64,000 nucleotides of DNA from Candidatus Thorarchaeota archaeon SMTZ1-45 (GCA_001563335.1 LRSL01000109.1:32001-96000), one strand, 5' to 3'. Positions 38,182 to 48,905 are shown, counted from the first letter of the stretch. The notes: generated by a model from the letters alone, not told the origin. Translations and numbers: made by a program.

Positions 38182-38591
38182 GGTTTTCCTCCGATTAAAC
38201 TGACTTCGACTTTCAGGACTTTCTTCTGTGCACGAAGTTTCTTGAGAAAGTCACGTACAATATTGGCCTTAGCAGTCACAATCATTACTTCAATACAACT
38301 ACCATCACTCGTGTGGGAGTGGACGGTTGCTGAAATAGTGTCTTTAAACTCATGCTGAACTGCACTTATGTTGTGACCTTGCCCTTTCTTATAATAGAGT
38401 GCTGTGACTACAACAGTTATGACTCCCTTCGCTCTCTCAATTTTTTGATGCTCTGACATTAGGGCTCTAACAGCATGACGGACCACATCAGAACGGTTTG
38501 AGAATTCCCCCTCTTTAAGGAGAAACTCTAGTTCCTCAAGATCAGACTCCGTCATGGAAATAGCAACAGGTTTGAATGACATTTTCAACAC
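38178..38591 (-). CDS. nikR: NikR-family ribbon-helix-helix regulator
   Basis: FSNRSDVVRHA RHH; metal ligands QHE, VHSH and CIE. Confidence 0.85.
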   Translation of the reverse strand: MLKMSFKPVAISMTESDLEELEFLLKEGEFSNRSDVVRHAVRALMSEHQKIERAKGVITVVVTALYYKKGQGHNISAVQHEFKDTISATVHSHTSDGSCIEVMIVTAKANIVRDFLKKLRAQKKVLKVEVSLIGGKP

Positions 38592-38608
38592 TCGAAACAG
38601 GTCATTTG

Positions 38609-38636
38609 TTAGTAACTATTTCAAAATTATTATTAA
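38609..38636. promoter_or_regulatory. Candidate NikR-type operator in divergent promoter
   Basis: TTAGTAA-N14-TTATTAA imperfect palindrome between nikR and the binding-protein gene. Confidence 0.35.
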
Positions 38637-38670
38637 GGATTTGGCTAGATGATTTGCAGGAGAGAATGTT

Positions 38671-39741
38671 GTGATGCATAAGAAAATGTCCCTAATACCA
38701 CTGATTTTAATTCTGCTACCTCTTGTCATGAGTGGAGTTACATCAGATGTGCAGGCACAAGACTCTCCTATGACTAGCATAGCTGTTTCGGTATCGTCTC
38801 TTGCTGGGATTGTTCAAGAAATTGGAGGTTCACGGGTTACTACGGCAGTCTTGTTAGAACAAGGGACCGATCCACATGCGTTCGCAGTGACTCCGGGTAT
38901 CCTCGCTATCGCCAATGAAGCGGATTTATTGGTCTTCACTGGGCACTTCCATTGGGAGGAGGAATTGGCTAATCTGACCTCAACACCATTCATCACATTT
39001 CACGATGATGATGGGGCATGGGAGAATTACGAGGATTATGGTGCTGAATTACTACCAATGCCAGGAGGTGATGTAGAAGAGCTAGATGGTGAGCATGAAC
39101 ATGAGGGGAACCCCCACGGTTTTTGGTTATTACCTAGGAACGCTTTGGCCATTGCTAATGCGACTCGTTTCGCACTGACTACTCTTAACAGTACAATGTC
39201 CAATGAATGGGATTCTAACTTTGCGATGTTTTTAGATTCCATTCATGAACTAGAGGAAACAATTGAAGCTCTTGATGAGATTCATCATTTTTCAGATTTG
39301 CATGCTGTCTTGGTGGCCCCTGCAGAAGCCTATGTTGCAGAAACGTTTGGAATTAAGAGTGACGCAGTACTTCAAATTGAAGATATCACAATCTCTGGAG
39401 CAAAGCTATTGGAAGTTCAGGAGGCGATACAAAATGGGAGTATTAGCCTTATCATTGGTTCAGATGTGGCTCAGTTCCAGACTGGCGGAGAGTTTGCATA
39501 TCAGTTGCAGGCAGATTACGGGGGCACTCTAATTTGGTGGAAGACGATCTTCTTTGCAGGAGCAGATTACTTTTCGATGATGAGCTATAACCTTGGAGCC
39601 CTAGTATCTGGTCTAGAAGGAAGGTCAGGAAACAGCACAGATAACACAGTCAACATAGGCCTTATCGCACTATCAGGAGTTCTGGGGGTTCTTGTAGTAA
39701 TTGAGTCAGTGCTTTTGATAATGCGTGCTCGAGCCGAGTAA
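38671..39741 (+). CDS. Metal ABC substrate-binding protein (ZnuA/TroA family), C-terminally anchored
   Basis: Signal peptide, DPHAF, HEHEGNPHGFW and C-terminal TM helix. Confidence 0.9.
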   Translation: MMHKKMSLIPLILILLPLVMSGVTSDVQAQDSPMTSIAVSVSSLAGIVQEIGGSRVTTAVLLEQGTDPHAFAVTPGILAIANEADLLVFTGHFHWEEELANLTSTPFITFHDDDGAWENYEDYGAELLPMPGGDVEELDGEHEHEGNPHGFWLLPRNALAIANATRFALTTLNSTMSNEWDSNFAMFLDSIHELEETIEALDEIHHFSDLHAVLVAPAEAYVAETFGIKSDAVLQIEDITISGAKLLEVQEAIQNGSISLIIGSDVAQFQTGGEFAYQLQADYGGTLIWWKTIFFAGADYFSMMSYNLGALVSGLEGRSGNSTDNTVNIGLIALSGVLGVLVVIESVLLIMRARAE

Positions 39742-39751
39742 GAATAATGAA

Positions 39752-40081
39752 TTATTGAACTTTCGTTCCAAGTCTCATGTTATACACGACGAATTCCAGC
39801 TCAGTGAGCTCATCTTGGAGTTTCTGATACTTAGCATTAAACTCATCCACACCAATAATCCCAGCCTTTTTGTCAGTAACAAGTTGCTTCAAGGCTATCT
39901 GCCGATCGTGAATCTTTTTTTTCAGCTTCTCCCATTCCTCTTTGTTTGAGGTTACAGAACTCCCCCAGCTCCTACTTGCCTCTGCATCTTGGTCAAGCTT
40001 CTGGACAATTTCATCGAGCGATTTCTTGATGGTTTCGGGATTATCAGATTTTTCAGAATCACGCTTTCTCAAAGCTATCAC
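39752..40081 (-). CDS. Hypothetical coiled-coil protein
   Basis: 109-aa charged helical ORF. Confidence 0.7.
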   Translation of the reverse strand: MIALRKRDSEKSDNPETIKKSLDEIVQKLDQDAEASRSWGSSVTSNKEEWEKLKKKIHDRQIALKQLVTDKKAGIIGVDEFNAKYQKLQDELTELEFVVYNMRLGTKVQ

Positions 40082-40138
40082 TACTTGAGGTTAATAGAAG
40101 TATAAACGATATATGCCTTCAGATTGCACAATAAACCA

Positions 40139-41077
40139 TTATCCAATAATGAGTGGAAGAAGCGGTATAAGTGGTAATAAAAGAAGCGTACCAACTGTAA
40201 CGGTAGTTGAGGCAGTTTCAACATCTAGATTGAACCCTGAAGCGTAGACAACGGTCAATACAGCAGGAGGCATAAGAGATTCCAAAATAAGCACTTGAAT
40301 AGGTATTTGCGAAAGGGTTGAGATCAAGATAATTGGAAAGATGATTAAGGGTACTATTAACTGACGTACCACAACAGCATTTAGGGCTGTACGAATATCC
40401 CATAGAGAGAACCGAACACCCACTCCTAGACCAACTGACACCAGTGCAAGATATGTGGTGAGAGGAGAATTATAGGAGAGTATCAGAGCAAGATCATTTG
40501 GGAGCTCTATGTTAAGTCCCATGAGAACTAGGGTCACGATTATGGCCAAAAAGGGGGGAAAAGTAGCAGCATCTTTCGCGACCTTCTTCCAACCTGCTTC
40601 TTTTCCTCCGAAAGTCGCTCCCATAGCAGAACCAAGGGTGACAAAGAGGATCATCTGAGTGAGTGAGAACATAATCACAAAAGGTACAGCAGATGGGCCT
40701 ATGAAAATAAGTGCAAGAGGAAGAGGTATGAAAAGCGCGTTATTAAAAGTGGAACAGATGAAGAGGGCGCCTTTGGTCTGGTTATTAATGTCTAGCCTTC
40801 GAAGTCTAAGATAGAGTATCACAGGTCCGAGAAGGTGAATAGCAACTACGAGTACTAGAAAGATTGGTATTTCTAATAATGAAGGTGAAGCTGATGTAAG
40901 AAAGGTATAGAAAACAAGAATTGGTAGTAGAGCCTTGATGAGCAATGAATTAAGATGCTTATTGAGAATTTTTCCTTTTCTAGACATTCGTGAAATTAGA
41001 TAGCCAAACAGAATGAAACCATAGAAGAGTAAGATTTGAGTGAAAAGGACGCTGATTGATTGGATTGCGTTCACCAC
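40139..41077 (-). CDS. AEC family transporter
   Basis: About 10 TM helices; FNNALFIPLP and ESLMPPA. Confidence 0.85.
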   Translation of the reverse strand: MVNAIQSISVLFTQILLFYGFILFGYLISRMSRKGKILNKHLNSLLIKALLPILVFYTFLTSASPSLLEIPIFLVLVVAIHLLGPVILYLRLRRLDINNQTKGALFICSTFNNALFIPLPLALIFIGPSAVPFVIMFSLTQMILFVTLGSAMGATFGGKEAGWKKVAKDAATFPPFLAIIVTLVLMGLNIELPNDLALILSYNSPLTTYLALVSVGLGVGVRFSLWDIRTALNAVVVRQLIVPLIIFPIILISTLSQIPIQVLILESLMPPAVLTVVYASGFNLDVETASTTVTVGTLLLLPLIPLLPLIIG

Positions 41078-41124
41078 CAGCTTCTGTGCCTCAAGACCTA
41101 CGGAATAAGCTGCCGGATTGTGTA

Positions 41125-42906
41125 TTATAGATCAGATAATCCCAGTTCCTCAAGCGCTGTATCAGAGGGATTACCTGATTTTCTATCCCATTTTCTATAA
41201 TTATAATATTCCTCCAGTTGAGCATCAACATCAGGGACAAAATCATCTGTGACACTCTCAGCATGAGGTGTCAATAGTGGTTTGGGAAGTTTCTCATCGT
41301 CTGTTTTAAGACCAGATTTTAGATTGAAGAGTCGTTTCATCGTGACTGCTCGTGCGCCAATTTTCAGAATGTCATCAAGTTGGTATGAGGTTCCAATTGC
41401 GAGATTCAGTAGTTCGATTATTGTTTGAGGCGGAACAATCGCAAAATGGCACATGATGACGGAGTCAAAGAATGCTCTGAAGTCTTGAGCTCTGGCTGCT
41501 GTTATGCCTTTATTATCGTTTTCTAGCCTATCGCCAGAATTAATACCCAGTTGTCGAAATTCTTGACCCATATCAACAGAATACATGTCTCCTTCCATGT
41601 GTGATGCTCCTCTGGAGGCAACTGTGTAGATAGTTGCCATTCCTGAGAATGCTCGAGGGTCATGGTTTGGTATCTCCATTCCTCTTACATGAAGTACAAT
41701 ATCCTCTGCCGAGTGTTTTTTGGCAACTGAAACCGATCCCTCAGCCAAAATATCACCAATGCCCTTCCTTGTTCCGATAGAATGGATTGTATTAATGACG
41801 CCATCGGCGTCATCCCATGTGAAACCATAGTTCGCTTTTCCAACATCACATAGATGAGTTGTGAATGCAATAGTACTTCCACAACTGATTGTGTCCATTC
41901 CATATTGATTACAGAGATTGTTCATTAGTGCGATCTTCTTCAGGTCTGATATCAATAGGTTTGAACCAAATGAAGCAACTGTCTGAAACTCAGGACCACC
42001 TATATTTTCCAATCCATACTCTGGCACAGTTACCCTTCTTCCGCATCCTATCGGACAAGAGTAACAAGCAATTCGACCGGTGAGAATTTCCTCCATCGAT
42101 TTAGCATTGATAAGATCTGCATCATCAAATTCAATCTCTTGGAAGTACTTGATTGGCATGTCATTGAACATCATCCCAATATCCACGTACATGACTGTTC
42201 CTTGATCACTGAGCATTGACATGGCTTCACCAAGTGTCTTTCTGGATGACTGCGCAAGTTCTTGAAACTCATCGGGAGTGTGAAGGGGGACCTTGGACTT
42301 TCCGCCAACTGCTATGGCCTTTAGTTTCTTTGATCCCATAACTGCACCAAGACCGCATCGTGCAGATACTCGCTCGTTAGTCACAATACTCGCAAACTTG
42401 ACAAGGTTTTCACCTGCAGGTCCAATGCAGCAGACTTGAACCCGTCCAAGATCGTCCTTCAGGGATTTCTGTGTTGGCCCCGTCATCTCGCCCCACAAAT
42501 CTACTGCAGATAGTAACGAAACCTTTCCCTCATCGATGTGCAATGTCACTGGATTCTCCGCTCGGCCTTTGATTAGAACACCATCGAACCCAGAGAACTT
42601 TAGAAATGCACCAAAATGTCCCCCAACATGTGATTCCCCCCAGAGGTTTGTTAGTGGTGATTTTCCACACACTACATGACGACCTGTAGATGGAGCAAGT
42701 GTTCCAGTCAATGGGCCAGTCATGAAAAGGAGTATGTTGTCTGGACTGAGAGGGTCGACACTTAGCTCAAGCTGGCTGTAAAGAAGTCGCGCTGCATATC
42801 CACTCCCACCAAGGAACTGCGTCGATATAGAGGAGTCAATCTCGAGGGTACTTGTTTCCTCTTTTGACAAGTCGGCAACTAGGATTTGACCCATGTACCC
42901 ATTCAT
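41125..42906 (-). CDS. aor: Tungsten-dependent aldehyde:ferredoxin oxidoreductase family protein
   Basis: KSPLT, IGPAGE, GAVMGSKKLKA, CYSCPIGC, GMDTIS and HDPR. Confidence 0.92.
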   Translation of the reverse strand: MNGYMGQILVADLSKEETSTLEIDSSISTQFLGGSGYAARLLYSQLELSVDPLSPDNILLFMTGPLTGTLAPSTGRHVVCGKSPLTNLWGESHVGGHFGAFLKFSGFDGVLIKGRAENPVTLHIDEGKVSLLSAVDLWGEMTGPTQKSLKDDLGRVQVCCIGPAGENLVKFASIVTNERVSARCGLGAVMGSKKLKAIAVGGKSKVPLHTPDEFQELAQSSRKTLGEAMSMLSDQGTVMYVDIGMMFNDMPIKYFQEIEFDDADLINAKSMEEILTGRIACYSCPIGCGRRVTVPEYGLENIGGPEFQTVASFGSNLLISDLKKIALMNNLCNQYGMDTISCGSTIAFTTHLCDVGKANYGFTWDDADGVINTIHSIGTRKGIGDILAEGSVSVAKKHSAEDIVLHVRGMEIPNHDPRAFSGMATIYTVASRGASHMEGDMYSVDMGQEFRQLGINSGDRLENDNKGITAARAQDFRAFFDSVIMCHFAIVPPQTIIELLNLAIGTSYQLDDILKIGARAVTMKRLFNLKSGLKTDDEKLPKPLLTPHAESVTDDFVPDVDAQLEEYYNYRKWDRKSGNPSDTALEELGLSDL

Positions 42907-42916
42907 CTTAATACCC

Positions 42917-43561
42917 TCAGAATTCTCGCATCATCTCCCAGATGTCTTGTTCATCCTCGACAACATCTTCAGGAAGTTCTATTGGTTTACCCACTTGTTT
43001 TGCAGTCATGTAAATCTTGCAGGTACGCTCCAATAGAATGGAGAGAAAGAGAGCATCCTTCAGGGTCTTTGCACAGCATACTGCGCCATGATTTGCTATC
43101 AGTGCTGCACTTCTTTCATCCATGACTTCGACGACATTTATCCCCAGTTGTTTTGTGCCAGGCATTGCATACTTGCTGACTCGTATCCCTGCACCCAATT
43201 TAGGAACTAACTCATCAAGTATTGGTGGTAGAGGTTCATGTAGAATAGCCATAGCTGATGCGTAGAGACTATGTGTATGGACTATAGCGAGAACGTCACG
43301 TCGATTCTTGTAGATTTCAAGATGCATTGGTTTTTCGATACTAGGATTTCTTGTTCCTTCTACCTCGTTCCCATCCATGTCAATGACTACAACATCATCG
43401 ATGGTCATTTCTGTATAATGGACAGAACTTGGGGAGATGACAACGTGGTCTCCAACTCTGAGGCTTGCATTTCCAGATGAGCCGATGACCAAGTCGTGCT
43501 TGATCATCTCCAGACATATATTAAGTAATTCCTTCTTCTCCTTCTCATACACATCATTCAC
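42917..43561 (-). CDS. Class II aldolase (FucA-like)
   Basis: SSGNAS, PSIEKPMH, VHTHS and NHG. Confidence 0.92.
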   Translation of the reverse strand: MNDVYEKEKKELLNICLEMIKHDLVIGSSGNASLRVGDHVVISPSSVHYTEMTIDDVVVIDMDGNEVEGTRNPSIEKPMHLEIYKNRRDVLAIVHTHSLYASAMAILHEPLPPILDELVPKLGAGIRVSKYAMPGTKQLGINVVEVMDERSAALIANHGAVCCAKTLKDALFLSILLERTCKIYMTAKQVGKPIELPEDVVEDEQDIWEMMREF

Positions 43562-45053
43562 CTTCGCATCTTACTTCATTCCATCTTGAATAATATCGAT
43601 TATACAGCTCTGCACGGTTATCAGGTTGATAAGTGGATTTCCACCGAATCATATTCTTTGTAGCTTCATCAATTGACTGATAATAACCTGCTCCTATGGT
43701 TGCGCATATTGCTGCACCCAAGAGGCTTCCCTCAGATTGAAGGGGTGTATCAACTGGTCTATTCAACACATTAGCTAAGAGTTGTGTCCATGTTGCAGAC
43801 TGAGTCATTCCTCCAATTGTCTTCACGCCAGTTGATATACTGTATTGCTCAAGCTGCTCAATATTCCCTCTGATAGCAAACGCCACGTTCTCAAGAACAG
43901 CATGAATCATTCTAGCAGAGTTCAGGGGGGTAACCTGAGGGAGAGCAGGTTGAGGAAAGACCATACGTGCTTGCTTCACATCTGTTATTTGCTGACAGTC
44001 CATTATGCTTGGACCAAGAGTGACAAAGGTTTCCTCACTTCCAGGGGGAATTCCGCTTGCCAACTCATCAAGACTTTCAAAAGTTCTCTGTCTACATTTC
44101 ACTGGGTCCTCAGATCGCTCACAAAGAAGCCTCACAGCCCACTCTAGGACCGCCCCAGTCAAAGTAGCATTACTTTCGAGAACCCATTGACCTTCTTTCA
44201 TATGAGTCCCTGTCCAGATTTTCTGGTCTGGAACACAGAGATGATTATCGAGTATCATCATCACAGGAGTTGTACTTCCTGCTATGACAGCAATTTCACC
44301 AACCTTAGAATCACTTGCCAGAAGAGCACAATGTGTATCAGCACCAGCTTGAACAACTGGAAGACCCTTTGGTAGACCACATTCTTTCTCAGCAGCAGAA
44401 GTCACCTCTCCGACCACTTCACCAGATTTTCGAATATCCGGCAAAATGTCTAAATCTATGTTAAGAGCTGAAGCAACTTCTTCACTCCATTCGTTGGTCC
44501 GGACATCAAGAAAACCAGTCGCGCTTGCTGATGATGTGTCTGTGGAGTATACTCCTGAGAGTCTAAATGTTATCCAATCACAGATTGGAAGAAGATGCTT
44601 TACTTTTTCATAAAGCTCAGGTTTTTCTTCCTCGAACCAACTGAGTCGAGATGGCGCAAACATCATCGGGGGCCAGCAACCAGTGATCTCATGATAAGTT
44701 TCTCCAAGTGATTCATCGATGAGATATTGAGTCATTGCCCCACGAGCATCAATGTTCGGACCACCATGCAACTCGATCCCATTTGAGGCAAGTAGGACAA
44801 GACCATGTCGTTGACTGGTTGTTGCGACTGCTTTCAAATCCGAGGGCTTAATCCCAGAGTGTTTAATCGCGCCTTTGATAACTGAACAGACAAGTTTCCA
44901 GAACTCTGAAGGGTTGAACTCCTTTGCGATTTCTAGGTCAGGAGGTGTGACATAATCCCAGGATGTTCTTGATATGCCTGGACTTTCACCTTTAGGGTCA
45001 ACAATCATGCATCTTACGCCTGTAGTACCTGCGTCAATCGCGGCTACAACCAT
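43554..45053 (-). CDS. FGGY-family carbohydrate kinase (LsrK/xylulokinase-like)
   Basis: AIDAGTTGVRC, TSQRHG, GADT, GGMTQS and LGAA. Confidence 0.9.
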   Translation of the reverse strand: MVVAAIDAGTTGVRCMIVDPKGESPGISRTSWDYVTPPDLEIAKEFNPSEFWKLVCSVIKGAIKHSGIKPSDLKAVATTSQRHGLVLLASNGIELHGGPNIDARGAMTQYLIDESLGETYHEITGCWPPMMFAPSRLSWFEEEKPELYEKVKHLLPICDWITFRLSGVYSTDTSSASATGFLDVRTNEWSEEVASALNIDLDILPDIRKSGEVVGEVTSAAEKECGLPKGLPVVQAGADTHCALLASDSKVGEIAVIAGSTTPVMMILDNHLCVPDQKIWTGTHMKEGQWVLESNATLTGAVLEWAVRLLCERSEDPVKCRQRTFESLDELASGIPPGSEETFVTLGPSIMDCQQITDVKQARMVFPQPALPQVTPLNSARMIHAVLENVAFAIRGNIEQLEQYSISTGVKTIGGMTQSATWTQLLANVLNRPVDTPLQSEGSLLGAAICATIGAGYYQSIDEATKNMIRWKSTYQPDNRAELYNRYYSRWNEVRCEGE

Positions 45054-45064
45054 TATTCATTCCC

Positions 45065-46063
45065 CTAACTGAAGACTTCTGGATTCAAGATGTTCGGGGG
45101 TTTCTCACCTTTAAGGAAAGCTAGGATGCCAGATACAATACTTTCTGATTGGCGTTGAACTGTTTCAACTGTATTTCCTCCCATATGAGGCATTACAGTG
45201 ACATTGTCAAGCTCAAGAAACTCATTATCACAATCAACAGGTTCCATGGAGAAGACATCTAGACCTGCACCTGCAATCACCCCTTTTTTCAAAGCCTCAA
45301 GAAGGGCAAATTCATCAGTTATTGATGCTCTTGCAGTGTTAATCAGAACTGCAGACCTCTTCATCTTCTCAAACTCTTTGGCTCCTAACATTCCTTGAGT
45401 TTCGTCAGTGGGTGGACAATGTATAGTGATAATATCTGACTGAGTCAATAGTTCGTCAAGCTCAACAATTCTTCCGCATACTTCTTCGACCTTTTGGGGT
45501 TCAACATATGGGTCCATCACAAGAATCTTCACACCAAACCCCTGCAAGCGTTTTGCCACCTCAAAACCAATCTGACCAAGTCCAATTATACCAACCGTTC
45601 TCCCATAGAGCTCGATGCCCATGAGACTAGTGTACATATTTGCAAAATCTTTGAAGTCATCCACAAAGAAATCATTTTTGAGAAATCGTTCAGCAGCCAC
45701 TATGTTTCTCGCTTGAGCCAGCATCAGTGCGATTGTGTGCTCTGCCACTGCAATTGTATTTCGACCTGGTACTGCTAGTACTGGTATTTTGTTATCAGTT
45801 GCTGCTTGGAGTGATATATTGTTGGGAGAACCTCTAACCGATCCAATCAGTTTCAGCTCAGTCTGTTCAATAATTTCCTCTTTTATCTCATCACCCTCCA
45901 CAATTACTATCTCGAAGTTATCATCCTTAATTTTCTGAAGCAATGAATCGCTCATATGTAGTTTGCCAGTTTCTAGCCAGCTTTGATAGCTAACCTCGAG
46001 ACCTGCATCTTGTAGTTTCTTTATACCAGAATCGGTCAAGGGAGCTGTGATAAGAACACGCAA
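45065..46063 (-). CDS. D-isomer-specific 2-hydroxyacid dehydrogenase
   Basis: GIIGLGQIG, INTAR, GLDVF and PHMGG. Confidence 0.92.
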   Translation of the reverse strand: MRVLITAPLTDSGIKKLQDAGLEVSYQSWLETGKLHMSDSLLQKIKDDNFEIVIVEGDEIKEEIIEQTELKLIGSVRGSPNNISLQAATDNKIPVLAVPGRNTIAVAEHTIALMLAQARNIVAAERFLKNDFFVDDFKDFANMYTSLMGIELYGRTVGIIGLGQIGFEVAKRLQGFGVKILVMDPYVEPQKVEEVCGRIVELDELLTQSDIITIHCPPTDETQGMLGAKEFEKMKRSAVLINTARASITDEFALLEALKKGVIAGAGLDVFSMEPVDCDNEFLELDNVTVMPHMGGNTVETVQRQSESIVSGILAFLKGEKPPNILNPEVFS

Positions 46064-46227
46064 TCAATAGAACCTCCAATTTCAGGGTTGCCATGTATTG
46101 CTTCATCCCTTTAAAGATTCAGCGAATTATTGAGATTCTAACCAGTTTGTGGTACAAACCACGATGTAGTTCAAAGATTGTCCACTCCTTATATTCATTC
46201 TATACATGTTCATACTCGTGATTTACA

Positions 46228-46974
46228 ATGTCTGAATCTGCAATAACGATAACAAATCTGACAAAACGATTTGGTGACATCACAGCTGTTGACAACCTCA
46301 GTCTTGAAATTGGATGGGGTGAGCTGTTTGGTATCCTCGGACCCAATGGTGCTGGGAAGAGTACAACAGTCAATATTCTGAACACGCTTCTGGAGCCTAC
46401 TGATGGCTCAGCGACGGTTGACGGGCATGATGTTGTCTTTGATCCAGAAGGTGTGCGAGAGGTGATTGGAGTTTGTCCTCAAGAGCCTGCGTTTTATCGT
46501 TTCCTTACTGGTGAAGAGAACATCTCCCTAATGGGAGAGATGCATCTCGTGCCAAAGGACATCCTCAAGGAGCGAATCAAGACCATGGTTGAGAAGATTG
46601 GTATGGAGGACCACATCAAGAGGCGTGCTAAAGACTACAGCGGCGGAATGATTCGTCGGATTAGTATGCTCATGGCATTGATCAACGATCCAAAGGTTGC
46701 ATTGTTAGACGAACCTACAGTTGCCATGGACCCAAAATCTCGTCGAGCTGTCTGGGACTTCATTCGTGAGCTGAAAGAGCAAGGGAAAGTAATCATCCTC
46801 ACAACACACTATATGGAAGAGGCTCAAGAGCTCTGCGACAGAGTTGCCATCATTGATGAGGGTGCCCTCATTGCTCTTGGTTCCCCTGCGGAATTAATGG
46901 AAGAACATAGGGCAAAGAACTTGGAAGAAGTCTTCTTGAAGCTCACTGGGAAGAAGCTGAGGGAGGCAGTGTAG
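46228..46974 (+). CDS. ABC-2 (DrrA-like) exporter ATPase
   Basis: GPNGAGKST, YSGGM, LDEPT and TTHYMEEA. Confidence 0.93.
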   Translation: MSESAITITNLTKRFGDITAVDNLSLEIGWGELFGILGPNGAGKSTTVNILNTLLEPTDGSATVDGHDVVFDPEGVREVIGVCPQEPAFYRFLTGEENISLMGEMHLVPKDILKERIKTMVEKIGMEDHIKRRAKDYSGGMIRRISMLMALINDPKVALLDEPTVAMDPKSRRAVWDFIRELKEQGKVIILTTHYMEEAQELCDRVAIIDEGALIALGSPAELMEEHRAKNLEEVFLKLTGKKLREAV

Positions 46975-46976
46975 AT

Positions 46977-48137
46977 ATGAACCTACGACGTATACTCGCG
47001 TTAACAAAGAAAGAGTTAAGGAAGACTACAAGAGAAACTGCTGTTCTTTTCCTTCTCATAATATTTCCAATCATGATTACCTTCGTATTTGGTTTTGCAT
47101 TTGGTGCAATTGGAGGTGGAAACACTACAAGTTTCGATGTTGGCCTTCTGAATCTGGATAGTACAGGAACAGAAGCAGATTGGAGTTATGCATTTACTGG
47201 CAATCTGACTACTTCTGAGATTTTCACTGTCTATAACTTCAACGATAATGCCACTGGACAAGATGCACTGCTCCAGGGTAATCTCGATGCGTTCATAATC
47301 ATACCAGAGGGATTTGGTAATAGTGTTGAGTCATACTATGGAGCCCCATTTGACCCTAGTGCATGGGCAAACACAACAATTGGTCTCTATGTTGATAGTG
47401 GATCTATGATAGCAGTTTCAGCAGTTCCTCCTCTCGTTCAGGAAGCTCTGATGAAAACTATCTTTGGTAGCGATGCAATAGCTATCGGTCTTCCAGTTGA
47501 AATTGGAAGTCCAGCACTCGTTGAGTCAAGTACCTTTACTCAATGGGATTACATGGCTCCAGGAATCTTCGCTTTTGCAGCCATATTCATGACAATGATT
47601 GTCGCTCAGACAATGACTGTCGAGAGAGACGAAGGACTTCTTAAAAGACTCAGAACCACACCAGCCTCATCAGCAGACTATTTGGTAAGTCAAACAGTGT
47701 CCTACATGATCATTGCAGTAGTACAGGTTGCCCTTGTTCTTGCATCGTCTTTCGCGATTGGTTATAGACCAGCGAGTGGGATAGCAGGAGTCGCGTTCAC
47801 CTTTGTCATAGCTTTAGCATTCTCTCTGGTTGCAGTCGGATTCGGTCTGATTTCTGCGACAATCTCAAAGTCTGCCGAAGCAGCCACTGGAATGAGCTTC
47901 ATCTTCATAATGCCTCAGATGTTCTTTGGAACATTCATGCCCGTTGGTGGCGTAACTGAGGCGATTTCGATGTTCATTCCAAGTAAATATGTCACTGATG
48001 CATTAACGACTCTCTTCCTGAGAGGCGCTCCAATAACAACTCCAGTCATCTGGACTAACTTGGCAATAGTGTCAGTGGTCGGGGTTCTGCTAGTTATTGT
48101 GGGAATCTTTCTGTTTGAGAGATTCAGTTCACGCTAG
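46977..48137 (+). CDS. ABC-2 exporter permease
   Basis: ERDEGLLKRLRTTP and 6 TM helices. Confidence 0.92.
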   Translation: MNLRRILALTKKELRKTTRETAVLFLLIIFPIMITFVFGFAFGAIGGGNTTSFDVGLLNLDSTGTEADWSYAFTGNLTTSEIFTVYNFNDNATGQDALLQGNLDAFIIIPEGFGNSVESYYGAPFDPSAWANTTIGLYVDSGSMIAVSAVPPLVQEALMKTIFGSDAIAIGLPVEIGSPALVESSTFTQWDYMAPGIFAFAAIFMTMIVAQTMTVERDEGLLKRLRTTPASSADYLVSQTVSYMIIAVVQVALVLASSFAIGYRPASGIAGVAFTFVIALAFSLVAVGFGLISATISKSAEAATGMSFIFIMPQMFFGTFMPVGGVTEAISMFIPSKYVTDALTTLFLRGAPITTPVIWTNLAIVSVVGVLLVIVGIFLFERFSSR

Positions 48138-48165
48138 GAGTCCCAAATGGGACTCCTCATTTTTT
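48136..48165 (+). terminator. Intrinsic-type terminator
   Basis: Perfect inverted repeat AGGAGTCCCA-AA-TGGGACTCCT followed by CATTTTTT. Confidence 0.75.
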
Positions 48166-48219
48166 CTGTTAGCCTTATTAGGGAGATTAATTGAAAGTGA
48201 ATTCGTTTGATGTTGAGGT

Positions 48220-48903
48220 GTGCAAATGAGTTCTGATGAAATTGAAACAGATGAGGATATGATTAAACAAGCGAAGCAACTTCTTCTGCTCACAGATTTG
48301 GTTGACAAATATCCACAAGTGGTTTCACGTAGAGTTGCAGGACTGGTCTATATCCTAATTGGTGGTGGAATCTCATTTGCCACACTTATTCTAATGTCAC
48401 TACAGAATCTTATAGGACCTGGAGATCCATTCCTGGTGAATATTGGATTTGTTATAATCAGCCTTGTCTTTTCTTGGGTCATTGGCTTTAGACTGATTGT
48501 TCCACTTACGCAATCATACCCAGCAGAACCAAGTAGATCTGAAGGTGGAGGACTGATTCTTGTATTGTGGGGGGTTATTGGAGTAGCTATTGTGGTATCA
48601 TCTCTTGTACTATTCCAAATGGGATTGCATCTACTATTCCCATCAATACTCCAATTCATAATGGGTTTTGGCTTCACAATTAACTATCTAGCTGGAAGAA
48701 GGTCTAGCACTTATGACTTCTACTCTAGAGAACATCTCTACTTTTCAATAGCAATTTTTCTCAGCATAATTCCAATGCTGATTTTTCTTGAAGCGGCATA
48801 CCTGATTCTTATTGTAGTGGATATGGGTGGAATCTATATTATTGGGATATTCATGTTAATCACTGCTGAACGACTTCTTCTGGAGAGTAAAAGGCAGGGA
48901 TAG
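48220..48903 (+). CDS. Integral membrane protein
   Basis: About 6 TM segments; coupled to the downstream HTH gene. Confidence 0.75.
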   Translation: MQMSSDEIETDEDMIKQAKQLLLLTDLVDKYPQVVSRRVAGLVYILIGGGISFATLILMSLQNLIGPGDPFLVNIGFVIISLVFSWVIGFRLIVPLTQSYPAEPSRSEGGGLILVLWGVIGVAIVVSSLVLFQMGLHLLFPSILQFIMGFGFTINYLAGRRSSTYDFYSREHLYFSIAIFLSIIPMLIFLEAAYLILIVVDMGGIYIIGIFMLITAERLLLESKRQG

Positions 48904-48905
48904 AG

